From Limisphaerales bacterium (GTDB taxonomy: Bacteria > Verrucomicrobiota > Verrucomicrobiia > Limisphaerales > UBA9464): a stretch of DNA of 64,000 bases. The DNA lies in contig OZ260084.1 in assembly GCA_965284395.1 (NCBI GenBank), forward strand, positions 595,401 through 659,400, written 5' to 3'. Positions 45,515 to 54,344 of the stretch are shown piece by piece (position 1 is the first letter of the stretch; every line of letters starts with the position of its first letter). The position numbers were made by a program, and so were the translations under genes. A model generated the notes under the pieces. The model made no database searches and had not been told where the DNA came from. It saw nothing but the letters and a program-made list of their open reading frames with translations.

Positions 45515-46291
45515 ATGAAGGTCGTCATCCTCTGCGGTGGTCTGGGCACGCGTCTCCGTGAGGAGACGGAGTATCGCCCGAAGCCCATGGTGCCCGTCGG
45601 CGGCAGGCCGGTCCTGTGGCACATCATGAAGTACTATGCCCACCACGGGCACCGCGACTTCATCCTCTGCCTTGGCTACAAGGGCGACGTCATCAAGGAC
45701 TACTTCCGGAATTACCTCTGGCACACTTCGGACGTCACGCTCCGCCTCGGGCGCAATCCCCAGATCCGCTACCACAACACCCACGAGGAGGAGGACTGGA
45801 CCGTGACGCTCCTCGAAACCGGACAGGAAACCCAGACCGGTGGACGCCTCCGCCGCGCCTTGCCGCACATCCCCGAGGACACGTTCCTCTTCACCTACGG
45901 CGACGGCCTCACCAACAGCGACGTCAACGCCACGGTCCGCTTCCACATGACCCATGGCGCCATCGCCACCGTCACCGCCGTCAAGCCCAGCGGACGATTC
46001 GGCGAACTCGCCATGGACGGCCAGACCATCACCGCCTTCCGCGAGAAGCCCGAACAGGAATCCGCCTACATCAGCGGCGGCTTCATGGTCCTCAACCGTC
46101 GCATCGGCGAGTACCTCGATCCCGACGACAGCTGCATCTTCGAGAAGGCCCCCCTCGAACGCCTCGCCAACAACGGCCAGCTCAAGGCCTGGTGCCACGA
46201 CGGGTTCTGGCAGTGCATGGACACCTACCGCGAACAGCAACTCCTCGACCGGATGTGGTCCTCCGGCAAGGCCCCTTGGAAGGTGTGGTGA
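45515..46291 (+). CDS. rfbF: glucose-1-phosphate cytidylyltransferase
   Basis: Track ORF trimmed to ATG 45515. MKVVILCGGLGTRLREETEYRPKPMVPVGGRPVLWHIMKYYAHHGHRDFILCLGYKG and WQCMDTYREQQLL are highly characteristic of RfbF. Confidence 0.9.
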   Translation: MKVVILCGGLGTRLREETEYRPKPMVPVGGRPVLWHIMKYYAHHGHRDFILCLGYKGDVIKDYFRNYLWHTSDVTLRLGRNPQIRYHNTHEEEDWTVTLLETGQETQTGGRLRRALPHIPEDTFLFTYGDGLTNSDVNATVRFHMTHGAIATVTAVKPSGRFGELAMDGQTITAFREKPEQESAYISGGFMVLNRRIGEYLDPDDSCIFEKAPLERLANNGQLKAWCHDGFWQCMDTYREQQLLDRMWSSGKAPWKVW

Positions 46292-46296
46292 CAGCC

Positions 46297-47379
46297 ATGT
46301 TCGGCGGCTTCTACAACGGAAAGGTCGCTGCCCTCACCGGTCACACCGGCTTCAAGGGCTCCTGGCTTGCCTTCTGGCTCTCGACGCTCGGTGCCCGCGT
46401 CCACGGTTTCAGTCTCCCGCCACCCACCCAGCCAAACCTCCACGAAGTCCTCGGCCCCGAATCGCTCGCCAGTTCGATCCAGGCCGACATCCGGGATCTG
46501 GACGCCATGAAACGATGGCTCGACCAGGCCAGGCCCGACATCGTCTTCCACCTCGCCGCACAACCGCTGGTCCGCCTTTCCTACCTCGAACCGATCGACA
46601 CGCTCACCTCGTGCGTGATCGGCACCGCACACGTCCTCGAAGCCGTCCGTACACTCGGCCTCACCTGCCGCGTGGTCATCGTGACCACCGATAAGGTCTA
46701 CGAGAATCACGGCTGGGCCTACGGCTACCGGGAGAACGATGCCCTCGGCGGTCATGACCCCTACTCCGCCAGCAAGGCTGCCGCAGAGATCATCAGCCAT
46801 GCCTGGCGCCGGTCGTATTTTCCCCCGGGACGGATCGCGACCGTCCGGGCCGGCAACGTAATCGGGGGCGGTGACTACGCCGTCGAACGGATCGTTCCAG
46901 ATGCCGTGCGCGCCCGACTCACCGGCAAACCCCTCCTGCTTCGGCATCCCGAGGCAACCCGGCCCTGGCAGCATGTCCTCGATTGCCTGAGCGGATACCT
47001 CGAAGTTGGGGCCCGCCTCGACGGTTCAAGGGAATTCCCGGAGTCCTTCAATTTCGGCCCGGGGCCCGATGGCAACCGTTCCGTCGCCGACCTAGTGGAC
47101 GCCTTCGCCCGCCACTGGCCCGGCACGTGGGACAAGACCGGCACGGACCCCTTCCGCGTCGAGGCAAACCTCCTGAACCTCACCATCGATCGCGCGGTCA
47201 CCCGCCTTGGCTGGCGTCCGGTCTGGAGTTTTGAACGTGCGGTCGCGGAAACGGCGCAATGGTACGCCGCGCGGCATCAGTCCGCCGTCGACATGCTAGC
47301 ACATACCCAGGACCAGATTCTCCGATACCAGACCGACGCCCGCTCCGCACGGGTCGCCTGGGCCATCCGCTCGTCATGA
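46297..47379 (+). CDS. rfbG: CDP-glucose 4,6-dehydratase
   Basis: Lies inside track ORF 45616..47379, with the real start at ATG 46297 (MFGGFYNGKVAALTGHTGFKGSWLAFWL). SDR-type YSASKAAAE and RAGNVIGGGD motifs. Confidence 0.9.
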   Translation: MFGGFYNGKVAALTGHTGFKGSWLAFWLSTLGARVHGFSLPPPTQPNLHEVLGPESLASSIQADIRDLDAMKRWLDQARPDIVFHLAAQPLVRLSYLEPIDTLTSCVIGTAHVLEAVRTLGLTCRVVIVTTDKVYENHGWAYGYRENDALGGHDPYSASKAAAEIISHAWRRSYFPPGRIATVRAGNVIGGGDYAVERIVPDAVRARLTGKPLLLRHPEATRPWQHVLDCLSGYLEVGARLDGSREFPESFNFGPGPDGNRSVADLVDAFARHWPGTWDKTGTDPFRVEANLLNLTIDRAVTRLGWRPVWSFERAVAETAQWYAARHQSAVDMLAHTQDQILRYQTDARSARVAWAIRSS

Positions 47380-48614
47380 CCCCCACCTTCCACTGTCGTT
47401 CCTGTGGCTCCGTGTCTGGCCGTCCCGTGCTGGACCTGGGCCTGCAACCGTTGGCCAACAACCTGCCGCGCCCGGAGGATCTTTCCCGGCCGGAGCCGCG
47501 GTTCCCGTTGCGCGTCGCCGTCTGTGATTCCTGCTGGATGCTCCAGATCACGGACATCGTCCCGCCGGTCGAACTGTTCAGTGAGTACCTGTACTTCTCC
47601 TCGTTTTCCGACGCGCTGCTCCGGCACTCGAAGCAGGCCGTGGAACAGCACCTCGCCCAGGAGAAACTCCACGGCGGTTCGTTCGTCGTCGAGGTCGCCT
47701 CCAACGACGGTTACCTACTCCGGAACTTCGTCGACGCCGGCGTTCCCTGCCTCGGCATCGAACCCGCCTCGAACATCGCCCAGGTCGCTGTCGAACGCGG
47801 GATCCCGACGCTCAACCGCTTTTTCAGCCTCGAACTCGCCCGGGAACTCGCCGCACAGGGCCGCCAAGCGGACCTCATCCTCGGCAACAACGTCTTCGCC
47901 CACGTTCCCGACACCAACGACTTCGTAGCGGGCCTCGCCGCGCTCGTGAAGCCCACCGGGCGCATCACGCTCGAGTTCCCCTACGGATGCGACCTCGTCG
48001 AACACCTCGAGTTCGACACCATCTACCACGAGCACGTCTTCTACTTCACGCTGACGGCCCTGATCCCGCTCTTCGCCCGCCACGGCCTCGACGTCGTCGA
48101 CGTCCAGCGCATCCCCATCCACGGAGGTTCGCTGCGCTTCTCGGCTGCCCCGGCAGGATCCCGCCCCATCGCCGATTCCGTGCGCGCCCTCCTCGCCGAA
48201 GAAGCCGCCAAGGGTGTCGCGTCGCCCGCGTACTACGAAGCCTTTGCCGGACGCGTCCAGGCCCTGCGCACCCAACTCCTCGAACTCCTCCATGACCTGC
48301 AGGCCAAGGGTGCCCGCATCGCCGCGTACGGCGCCTCCGCCAAGGGTTCCACGCTCCTGAATTTCTACGGCATCGGCCGGCAGGGATTCGACTGCCTCGA
48401 GTTCGTCGCCGACCGATCGACCGCGAAGCAAGGCCGGCTCACACCCGGCTCCCATCTGCCCATCGTCCCGCCGTCCGAACTCCTCGCACGCCGCCCCGAC
48501 TACGCCCTGCTGCTCACCTGGAACTTCGCCGACGAGATCCTCGCCCAGCAACACGAGTACCGCGCCGCCGGCGGCAGGTTCATCGTCCCGGTCCCAGATG
48601 TCCGGGTCGTGTAG
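47376..48614 (+). CDS. SAM-dependent NDP-hexose C-methyltransferase-like protein (TylCIII-type: Zn-ribbon + class I MTase + C-methyltransferase C-terminal domain)
   Basis: Track ORF trimmed to ATG 47376 (ATGA overlap with rfbG). CRSCGS...CDSCWMLQ Cys pairs, VVEVASNDGYLL (SAM site), TIYHEHVFYFT and AAYGASAKGSTLLNF. Confidence 0.8.
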   Translation: MTPTFHCRSCGSVSGRPVLDLGLQPLANNLPRPEDLSRPEPRFPLRVAVCDSCWMLQITDIVPPVELFSEYLYFSSFSDALLRHSKQAVEQHLAQEKLHGGSFVVEVASNDGYLLRNFVDAGVPCLGIEPASNIAQVAVERGIPTLNRFFSLELARELAAQGRQADLILGNNVFAHVPDTNDFVAGLAALVKPTGRITLEFPYGCDLVEHLEFDTIYHEHVFYFTLTALIPLFARHGLDVVDVQRIPIHGGSLRFSAAPAGSRPIADSVRALLAEEAAKGVASPAYYEAFAGRVQALRTQLLELLHDLQAKGARIAAYGASAKGSTLLNFYGIGRQGFDCLEFVADRSTAKQGRLTPGSHLPIVPPSELLARRPDYALLLTWNFADEILAQQHEYRAAGGRFIVPVPDVRVV

Positions 48615-48617
48615 GAC

Positions 48618-48705
48618 CGGAGAGTTTCAAGGACGGGAGTTTCAAGTTTCAAGCGGGGCAGGTCACTTCCCCGCTTCAAACTTGAATCTGAACACTTCAA
48701 GCTCC
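48618..48705. repeat. R3 repeat (GTTTCAAGTTTCAAG / CTTGAAACTTGAA family) forming a ~20-bp-stem hairpin after the methyltransferase gene
   Basis: GGAGAGTTTCAAGGACGGGAGTTTCAAGTTTCAAGCGGGG-caggtcactt-CCCCGCTTCAAACTTGAATCTGAAC. May act as a terminator. Confidence 0.75.
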
Positions 48706-48710
48706 AAGCC

Positions 48711-50186
48711 ATGGCCCGCCTCGTTGCCTCCACGTCCCTGGCCCTCCTGGCCGCATTGACGCTTTCCGCCGCGGACAAACCCCAGCCGAAGCCGTCCGGT
48801 CCGCAGTCCGACGGCCCCTTCCGCAAGGTAATCCTCGATGCCGACCGCGACCTCGATGGCGACGGCTCCATCGACGACGTGGTCGTGGATCCGATGGAGA
48901 TCGCGACCGCGCCAGACGGCCGCGTCTTCCTCATCGAACGTTCCGGGGTGGTGAAGATCTGGAAGCCCGACACCAAGTCCACCGTGGTCGCCGCGAAGAT
49001 CGAGGTGTTCAAGGAACTCGAGGACGGCCTCATCGGGATCGCCCTCGATCCGAAGTTCGCCGAGAACCACTGGGTCTACCTCTTCCACTCCGAACCAGAG
49101 ACCCGCCAGACGCCCGGCATCGGCAAGACCGGCGACAACCTCGTCTCCCGCTTCACTCTCAGGGGTGACACCCTCGACCTGACCTCGCGCAAGGAGATCC
49201 TTCGCGTCACCACGCAGCGCGAGCAGTGCTGCCATTCCGCGGGTTCACTGGCCTTCGATGCCGACGGCAACCTCTACGCCGCCACCGGCGACAACACCCA
49301 CCCCGGTGAATCGGACGGCTTCACCCCAATCGACGAACGCGACGGCCGAGGTCCTTGGAACGCCCTCAAGTCCGCCGCCAATGCGAATGATCTCCGCGGA
49401 AAGATCCTGCGCGTCCACCCGGAACCCGACGGCACGGTCACGATCCCCAAGGGTAACCTCTTTCCTCCCGGCACGCCCAACACGCGCCCCGAGATCTACG
49501 TCATGGGGAACCGTAACCCCTGGCGCATCGAGGTCGATCGCCGCACCGGATACCTGTACTGGGGCGAGGTCGGACCCGACGCCGGCGGTCCCAATGACAA
49601 GCGCGGGCCCGCGGGTTTCGACGAGATCAACCAGGCCCGCAAGGCTGGCAACTTCGGCTGGCCCCTCATCATCGGCGACAACCGGCCGTATCTCCGACAC
49701 GACTTCGCCACGCGCGCCGTTGGCGAACCCTTCGATCCCGCCAAGCCCCTCAACGAATCGCGCTACAACACTGGGCCTCGCGAACTCCCGCCCGCCCAGC
49801 CCGCCTTCATCTGGTACCCGTATTCCGCCTCGACCCGCTTCCCTGCCGTCCGCGACGGCGGCCGCACCGCTTGCGCCGGACCGGTGTATTACTTCGACGA
49901 GAAACTCACCTCGGCTACCAAGCTGCCCCGCGAGTTCGATCGCACGCTCTTCATCTACGAATGGTCGCGGAACTGGATCATCGCCGTGCACCTCGACGAG
50001 GACCATCGGATCGCCAAGAAACCGGACGGGACCCTCCACATGGACCGGTTCTGCCCCGGCATGACCTTCATGCGCCCGACCGACCTCAGCATCGGATCCG
50101 ACGGCTGCCTCTACGTCCTCGAGAACGGCACCGCCTGGAACGGCAACAAGGACACGCAGCTCGTCCGGATCGAGTATAGGCCCTGA
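48711..50186 (+). CDS. PQQ-dependent sugar (glucose/sorbosone) dehydrogenase-like beta-propeller, secreted
   Basis: Signal MARLVASTSLALLAALTLSAA. DGRVFLIERSGVVKIW, GLIGIALDPKFAENHWVYLFHS, CCHSAGSLAFDADGNLY, GKILRVHPEPDGTVTIP and NPWR motifs. Confidence 0.8.
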   Translation: MARLVASTSLALLAALTLSAADKPQPKPSGPQSDGPFRKVILDADRDLDGDGSIDDVVVDPMEIATAPDGRVFLIERSGVVKIWKPDTKSTVVAAKIEVFKELEDGLIGIALDPKFAENHWVYLFHSEPETRQTPGIGKTGDNLVSRFTLRGDTLDLTSRKEILRVTTQREQCCHSAGSLAFDADGNLYAATGDNTHPGESDGFTPIDERDGRGPWNALKSAANANDLRGKILRVHPEPDGTVTIPKGNLFPPGTPNTRPEIYVMGNRNPWRIEVDRRTGYLYWGEVGPDAGGPNDKRGPAGFDEINQARKAGNFGWPLIIGDNRPYLRHDFATRAVGEPFDPAKPLNESRYNTGPRELPPAQPAFIWYPYSASTRFPAVRDGGRTACAGPVYYFDEKLTSATKLPREFDRTLFIYEWSRNWIIAVHLDEDHRIAKKPDGTLHMDRFCPGMTFMRPTDLSIGSDGCLYVLENGTAWNGNKDTQLVRIEYRP

Positions 50187-50527
50187 GGAGTTTCAAGGAC
50201 GGGAGTTTCAAGTTTCAAGCCAGCCCAGCCTCCTCATCCCGGCCACGTAGCCAGGTCACGAGGCGGGGCCACAGGGAGTTCCCAATTGCCAGATCCCCGG
50301 TCCACGCGTGTAGGCCGGGTGCCCTCACCCGGCGTCGATCGGTAATCGCCGCGTGGGGGCACGCGGCCTACAGAACGGAGTTGAACCCGGCCGTAGTACC
50401 TCTGTCGTTGGGCCGGAGCCCGTCCCGAGCCTCCTCACGTCGTCTCCTACCCTGTAACCGTAGCCGACGAGGTCACGAGGCGGATGGCTTCCCGGCTTCA
50501 AACTTGAAACTGAAAACTTCGAACTCC
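50187..50527. repeat. intergenic mosaic of five repeat modules in the order R3, R4, R1, R4, R3
   Basis: R3 50187..50221; R4 50245..50300; R1 50308..50380; R4 50458..50483; R3 (inverted) 50494..50527. Confidence 0.8.
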
Positions 50528-50529
50528 AG

Positions 50530-51333
50530 TCAACCCAGCCCCACCACCACCGGCCGGTGATCCGACGCCACCGGTTCGGCCGGGACCTCGCTGCTCAGGA
50601 CCTTCCAGGGATTGCGCGACCTCAGGAGCAGGACGAAATCGATCCGGGCGTCCGGCTTCTCCGCAGGGATCGTCGGCATCGGATCGGCTGCTGATGCATC
50701 GTCCCAGTCGGTCAGCAACTTCTGCATCACCCGACTCTCGGGCCGATCGTTGAAATCTCCCGCGAGGATCACGGGTTCCGTCGCGGCCCCGAACAACTCG
50801 TGTAACCGCGCTGCCTGCAACCATCGATCGTCGTCACCACGCGACGCATCCAGATGCAGCCCGACGAACTGGAATCGCGGCTGACCCGGAGGATGGATCC
50901 GGGCCGAAATCGCGATCCGTTGCTCGCGCTTCATCGGGTTGGGCAAGGCATGGACGGTGAAGTCCTCCATGGGCCACCGGCTGAGGAGCATCCCGCCGTA
51001 CGCTCCACCCTGGAAATCGATCGCCTTGCCGAACTGCCCATGCAGCCCGGTCAACCGGATGTACTCCGCTGCTTGGTCTACCCGACCCGTCCGCTGCGTG
51101 TTCACGTCGATCTCCTGCAATGCCACCACATCCGCCCGACTCTCCCGGATCACCCGAGCGATCCGCTCGAGGTCGAGCTTTCCATCGACGCCTTCCCCGT
51201 GATGCAGGTTGTAGGTCATCACCCGAAGCGGAACCCGGGGAGTCGGTGGGTGTCCGTGCGGCATCCTGGCGCATCCGGCCGCCAAGGCAGCGGCCGTCAG
51301 GGGCATCATCTCGAGGAATTCACGACGCTTCAT
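50530..51333 (-). CDS. endonuclease/exonuclease/phosphatase (EEP) family protein, exported
   Basis: Track ORF trimmed to MKRREFLEMMPLTAAALAAGC. LRVMTYNLHHG, ADVVALQEID, ILAGDFN and SDHRPV motifs. Confidence 0.85.
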   Translation of the reverse strand: MKRREFLEMMPLTAAALAAGCARMPHGHPPTPRVPLRVMTYNLHHGEGVDGKLDLERIARVIRESRADVVALQEIDVNTQRTGRVDQAAEYIRLTGLHGQFGKAIDFQGGAYGGMLLSRWPMEDFTVHALPNPMKREQRIAISARIHPPGQPRFQFVGLHLDASRGDDDRWLQAARLHELFGAATEPVILAGDFNDRPESRVMQKLLTDWDDASAADPMPTIPAEKPDARIDFVLLLRSRNPWKVLSSEVPAEPVASDHRPVVVGLG

Positions 51334-51408
51334 GGCCCGACCAGTCAACCACCCCCGTCCGGATCAAGCCAGAGCGACTCCGTTCACCCCAACCGGCCAA
51401 CCCGCCAC

Positions 51409-51448
51409 TTACATCCGCATGTCGCACCTGCGACACGGGATTGTAAAT
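51409..51448. repeat. R7 40-bp imperfect palindrome, copy 1 (perfect core TGTCGCA-cc-TGCGACA at 51420..51435)
   Basis: TTACATCCGCATGTCGCACCTGCGACACGGGATTGTAAAT. Confidence 0.8.
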
Positions 51449-51507
51449 CGCCCCCCGCCCTGAGCCACCCATGCCCTGCGTCCGTCCCACCCCAAGTCTG
51501 TGCCCAT

Positions 51508-51547
51508 TTACATCCGCATGTCGCATATGCGACACGCCATTGTACAT
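51508..51547. repeat. R7 40-bp imperfect palindrome, copy 2 (perfect core TGTCGCA-ta-TGCGACA at 51519..51534)
   Basis: TTTACATCCGCATGTCGCATATGCGACACGCCATTGTACAT. Confidence 0.8.
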
Positions 51548-51676
51548 GCACACCCTGGCGGAGCCCGCACCTCTCTGCCTCGCTGCTCCTGTGGGAAACC
51601 GTCCCCCTCCGCGTCCTCCGCGTGAACACGGTCCTCCCCCCGCGCCTCCCACCGAAACCGTCTTCCTCCCGCCCCC

Positions 51677-51711
51677 GGGCTTGAAACTTGAATCTGAAAA
51701 CGCCCAACTCC
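51677..51711. repeat. R3 repeat copy immediately upstream of the epimerase gene
   Basis: GGGCTTGAAACTTGAATCTGAAAACGCCCAACTCC. Same orientation as 48672 and 50495. Confidence 0.7.
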
Positions 51712-51719
51712 CTGCGCTC

Positions 51720-52280
51720 ATGACCTTCACTCGTGGTCAACTGGACGGCATCTGGATTGTCGGACTCGAGGCCCGCCATGATGCGCGGGGCTGGTTCGCG
51801 CGTACCTGGTGCGAGGAGGAGTTCTCGCGACATGGACTCAACCTCCGCTGGCCGCAGGCGAACACCACCCGAACGGTCCGCCGCGGCATGATCCGCGGCA
51901 TGCACTGGCAGGCCGAGCCGCACCCGGAGATCAAGCTGATCCGCTGTGCGCGTGGCGCGGTCTGGGACGTGGTGGTCGACGTCCGCCCGAACTCTGCCAC
52001 GTTCGGACGCTGGGAGTCCTTCGAACTCTCGGAAGCCAACCAACGCCAACTCTACGTCCCGGCCGGATTCGCCCACGGATTCCAGTGCCTGACCGACGAT
52101 GCCGAACTCAATTACCTGATGTCGGACGTCTATCATCCCGACCTCGCCCGCGGCCTGCGATGGGACGATCCCTCGGTCGGTATCCCATGGCCGGTGCGGG
52201 AACCCTTCCTGTCGGACCGTGACCGTTCGCTTCCAACCCTGGAGGAACTCCGGAGCAACGGGGCCGGTTTCGCTCTCTGA
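51720..52280 (+). CDS. NDP-4-keto-6-deoxyhexose 3,5-epimerase (RfbC-like cupin)
   Basis: Track ORF 51471..52280 trimmed to ATG 51720. DARGWFARTW, RGMHWQ, KLIRCARGAVWDVVVDVR, YVPAGFAHGFQCL and RWDDPSVGIPWP. Confidence 0.85.
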   Translation: MTFTRGQLDGIWIVGLEARHDARGWFARTWCEEEFSRHGLNLRWPQANTTRTVRRGMIRGMHWQAEPHPEIKLIRCARGAVWDVVVDVRPNSATFGRWESFELSEANQRQLYVPAGFAHGFQCLTDDAELNYLMSDVYHPDLARGLRWDDPSVGIPWPVREPFLSDRDRSLPTLEELRSNGAGFAL

Positions 52281-52286
52281 ACCTGC

Positions 52287-53171
52287 ATGCGCCTCCTCAT
52301 CACGGGTGGGTCGGGATTCCTGGGCAGCGCGGTCGCACGCCAGTCGCTGGCCGCCGGTCACGAGGTGGCGATCCTGTCGCGCCGACCTGCCGTTGCTGCT
52401 GGCGTGGAGGGACCCGTTCCCATTCACGGCGACCTGGCAACGCCGCCATGGCAAGCCATCGCAAGCTTCCGCCCTGAATCCGTGCTGCATGCCGCCTGGA
52501 TTGCGACACCCGGCGTCTATCTGGATTCTCCCGAGAACGCCGACTGGGTCCGTTGGAGCCTCGCCTTCGCCAGCCGGCTTCCCGACCTCGGGGTCCGACA
52601 TCTGACGGTGCTGGGCACCTGCATCGAGTACGCCATCACCGGGAAGTCCCTGCACGAGACGGAGACACCCCTCGCACCGGCGTCTCCCTACGCACGAGCC
52701 AAGGCCGAACTACACGAGGCACTCACCTCCGCTCTAGTCGGGAGTGGCACGGGTCTCGCCTGGGCCCGGATCTTCTATCCGTACGGTCCCCACGAACACC
52801 CCGCGCGGCTGGCAAGTTCCCTCCTTTCCCGAGTGCTGGCTGGCCAACCGATCACGCTCAAGACCCCGAACAGCACCAAGGACTACATCCACGAGGAGGA
52901 CCTTGCCCGCGCCCTGCTGGCCGTTGTCGGGGCGGGCTTCCAAGGTCCGATCAACATTGGCACGGGCGAAGGCGTGACCGTCGGGATGCTGGCCCGGACC
53001 CTGGCGGAATTCGCAGGCCGGCCAGACCTGGTGGTATTGCCCGCCGATGCTCCCCGAGACCCACTCGACTTCGTCGTGGCGGACGTTTCCCGGCTGCGTT
53101 CCCTGGGCTGGCGGCCGCAGGTAGCGCTTGTGGACGGACTGCGCCGGTTGGTAGAGGCTCGGCGCGCATGA
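52287..53171 (+). CDS. NAD-dependent epimerase/dehydratase (SDR) family protein, probable NDP-4-ketosugar reductase
   Basis: MRLLITGGSGFLGSAV Rossmann motif, YARAKAE (YxxxK), and genomic context. Confidence 0.75.
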   Translation: MRLLITGGSGFLGSAVARQSLAAGHEVAILSRRPAVAAGVEGPVPIHGDLATPPWQAIASFRPESVLHAAWIATPGVYLDSPENADWVRWSLAFASRLPDLGVRHLTVLGTCIEYAITGKSLHETETPLAPASPYARAKAELHEALTSALVGSGTGLAWARIFYPYGPHEHPARLASSLLSRVLAGQPITLKTPNSTKDYIHEEDLARALLAVVGAGFQGPINIGTGEGVTVGMLARTLAEFAGRPDLVVLPADAPRDPLDFVVADVSRLRSLGWRPQVALVDGLRRLVEARRA

Positions 53172-54325
53172 AACCACGACAAGACTGCCCGGGCTGCGGC
53201 GGGAGCCGACTGACCGCCGCATTCGTGCTGCCGAGGCAGCCGGTCGTGCTCAATTACCGTTTCCGTTCGGCGGCCGATGCCCGCGCCGTTCCCCGCCGCA
53301 ACGTGCACCTCGTCCAGTGCCGGTCCTGCAGCCTGGTATTCAACGCCGAGTTTGAGCCGGACATCACGCCCTACGACCAGAACTACGAGAACCGGCAGGG
53401 CTTCTCGCCCGTGTTCCGCGCCCACGTCACCGACCTGATCCGCCGGCTCGCCAAGACTCCCGGCGTCCAGGGCGGAAGGATCCTCGAGGTCGGATGCGGC
53501 AAGGGCGATTTCCTCCGGGAAGCCGCCGCCACCACCGGTGCCCGCGCCGACGGCTACGATACGTCGTACGAAGGCCCGCCAATTGAAGACGGTGGCCGCA
53601 TCCGGTTCTTCTCGTCCTACGTCTCGGCCGCGAATGTCGACGGCCGGTACGATGCCGTGATCTGCCGGCATGTCGTCGAGCACGTGCCGGGAATCGGAGC
53701 CTTCCTGAAGGAACTCGCCGGGATCGCGCGGGCTGCGGGAGATCCATTGGTTGTCGTCGAGACGCCGCGTTTTGAGTGGATCGTGGAGAACCGTTGCCTG
53801 TGGGACGTGTTCTACGAGCACTGCAATTACTTCACGCAGCCCGCCCTCGCGCATCTGGCGCGCCTGGCTGGCTTCAAGGTCGTGCGCCACTCGCCCGTCT
53901 TTGGCGACCAGTACCAGTGGCTCGAACTGCGGTTGGCACGCCGGGCCTCGCCCCCCGAACCACCCGGCATCCCGCCCAAGGCCAGGCTCTCGACATTCGC
54001 CCGTTCCGCCCGCCGTCAACTCGACGGACTCGTCACGCGCATCCGCACCGAACGTAATGGACGGCCCTGGGCGATCTGGGGCGCCGGGGCCAAGGGCGTG
54101 GCGCTTGCCAACCTCCTTCCGCGCATCCGACCTGCCTACGTCGTCGACACGAACCCGGCCAAGCAAGGCGGCGTCCTCACCGGCACCTCGATCCCCATCA
54201 TCGCACCGCACGATCCGCGCATCGGGGACTTCGGGCTCGTCGTGATCGCCAATCCCAACTATGCCGAGGAAATCCGTGCCGACCTCGCCAAGGCCCGGTT
54301 CTCCGGAAAGACGTTCTGCCTCTGA
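53168..54325 (+). CDS. second TylCIII-like SAM-dependent methyltransferase (divergent paralog)
   Basis: Inside track ORF 52553..54325, with ATG 53168 (ATGA overlap with the SDR gene). CPGCGG...CRSCSLVF Cys pairs, ILEVGCGKGDFL SAM motif, DVFYEHCNYFT and AIWGAGAKGVALANL. Confidence 0.75.
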   Translation: MKPRQDCPGCGGSRLTAAFVLPRQPVVLNYRFRSAADARAVPRRNVHLVQCRSCSLVFNAEFEPDITPYDQNYENRQGFSPVFRAHVTDLIRRLAKTPGVQGGRILEVGCGKGDFLREAAATTGARADGYDTSYEGPPIEDGGRIRFFSSYVSAANVDGRYDAVICRHVVEHVPGIGAFLKELAGIARAAGDPLVVVETPRFEWIVENRCLWDVFYEHCNYFTQPALAHLARLAGFKVVRHSPVFGDQYQWLELRLARRASPPEPPGIPPKARLSTFARSARRQLDGLVTRIRTERNGRPWAIWGAGAKGVALANLLPRIRPAYVVDTNPAKQGGVLTGTSIPIIAPHDPRIGDFGLVVIANPNYAEEIRADLAKARFSGKTFCL

Positions 54326-54344
54326 ATCCCGTTTTCTGACCGCC

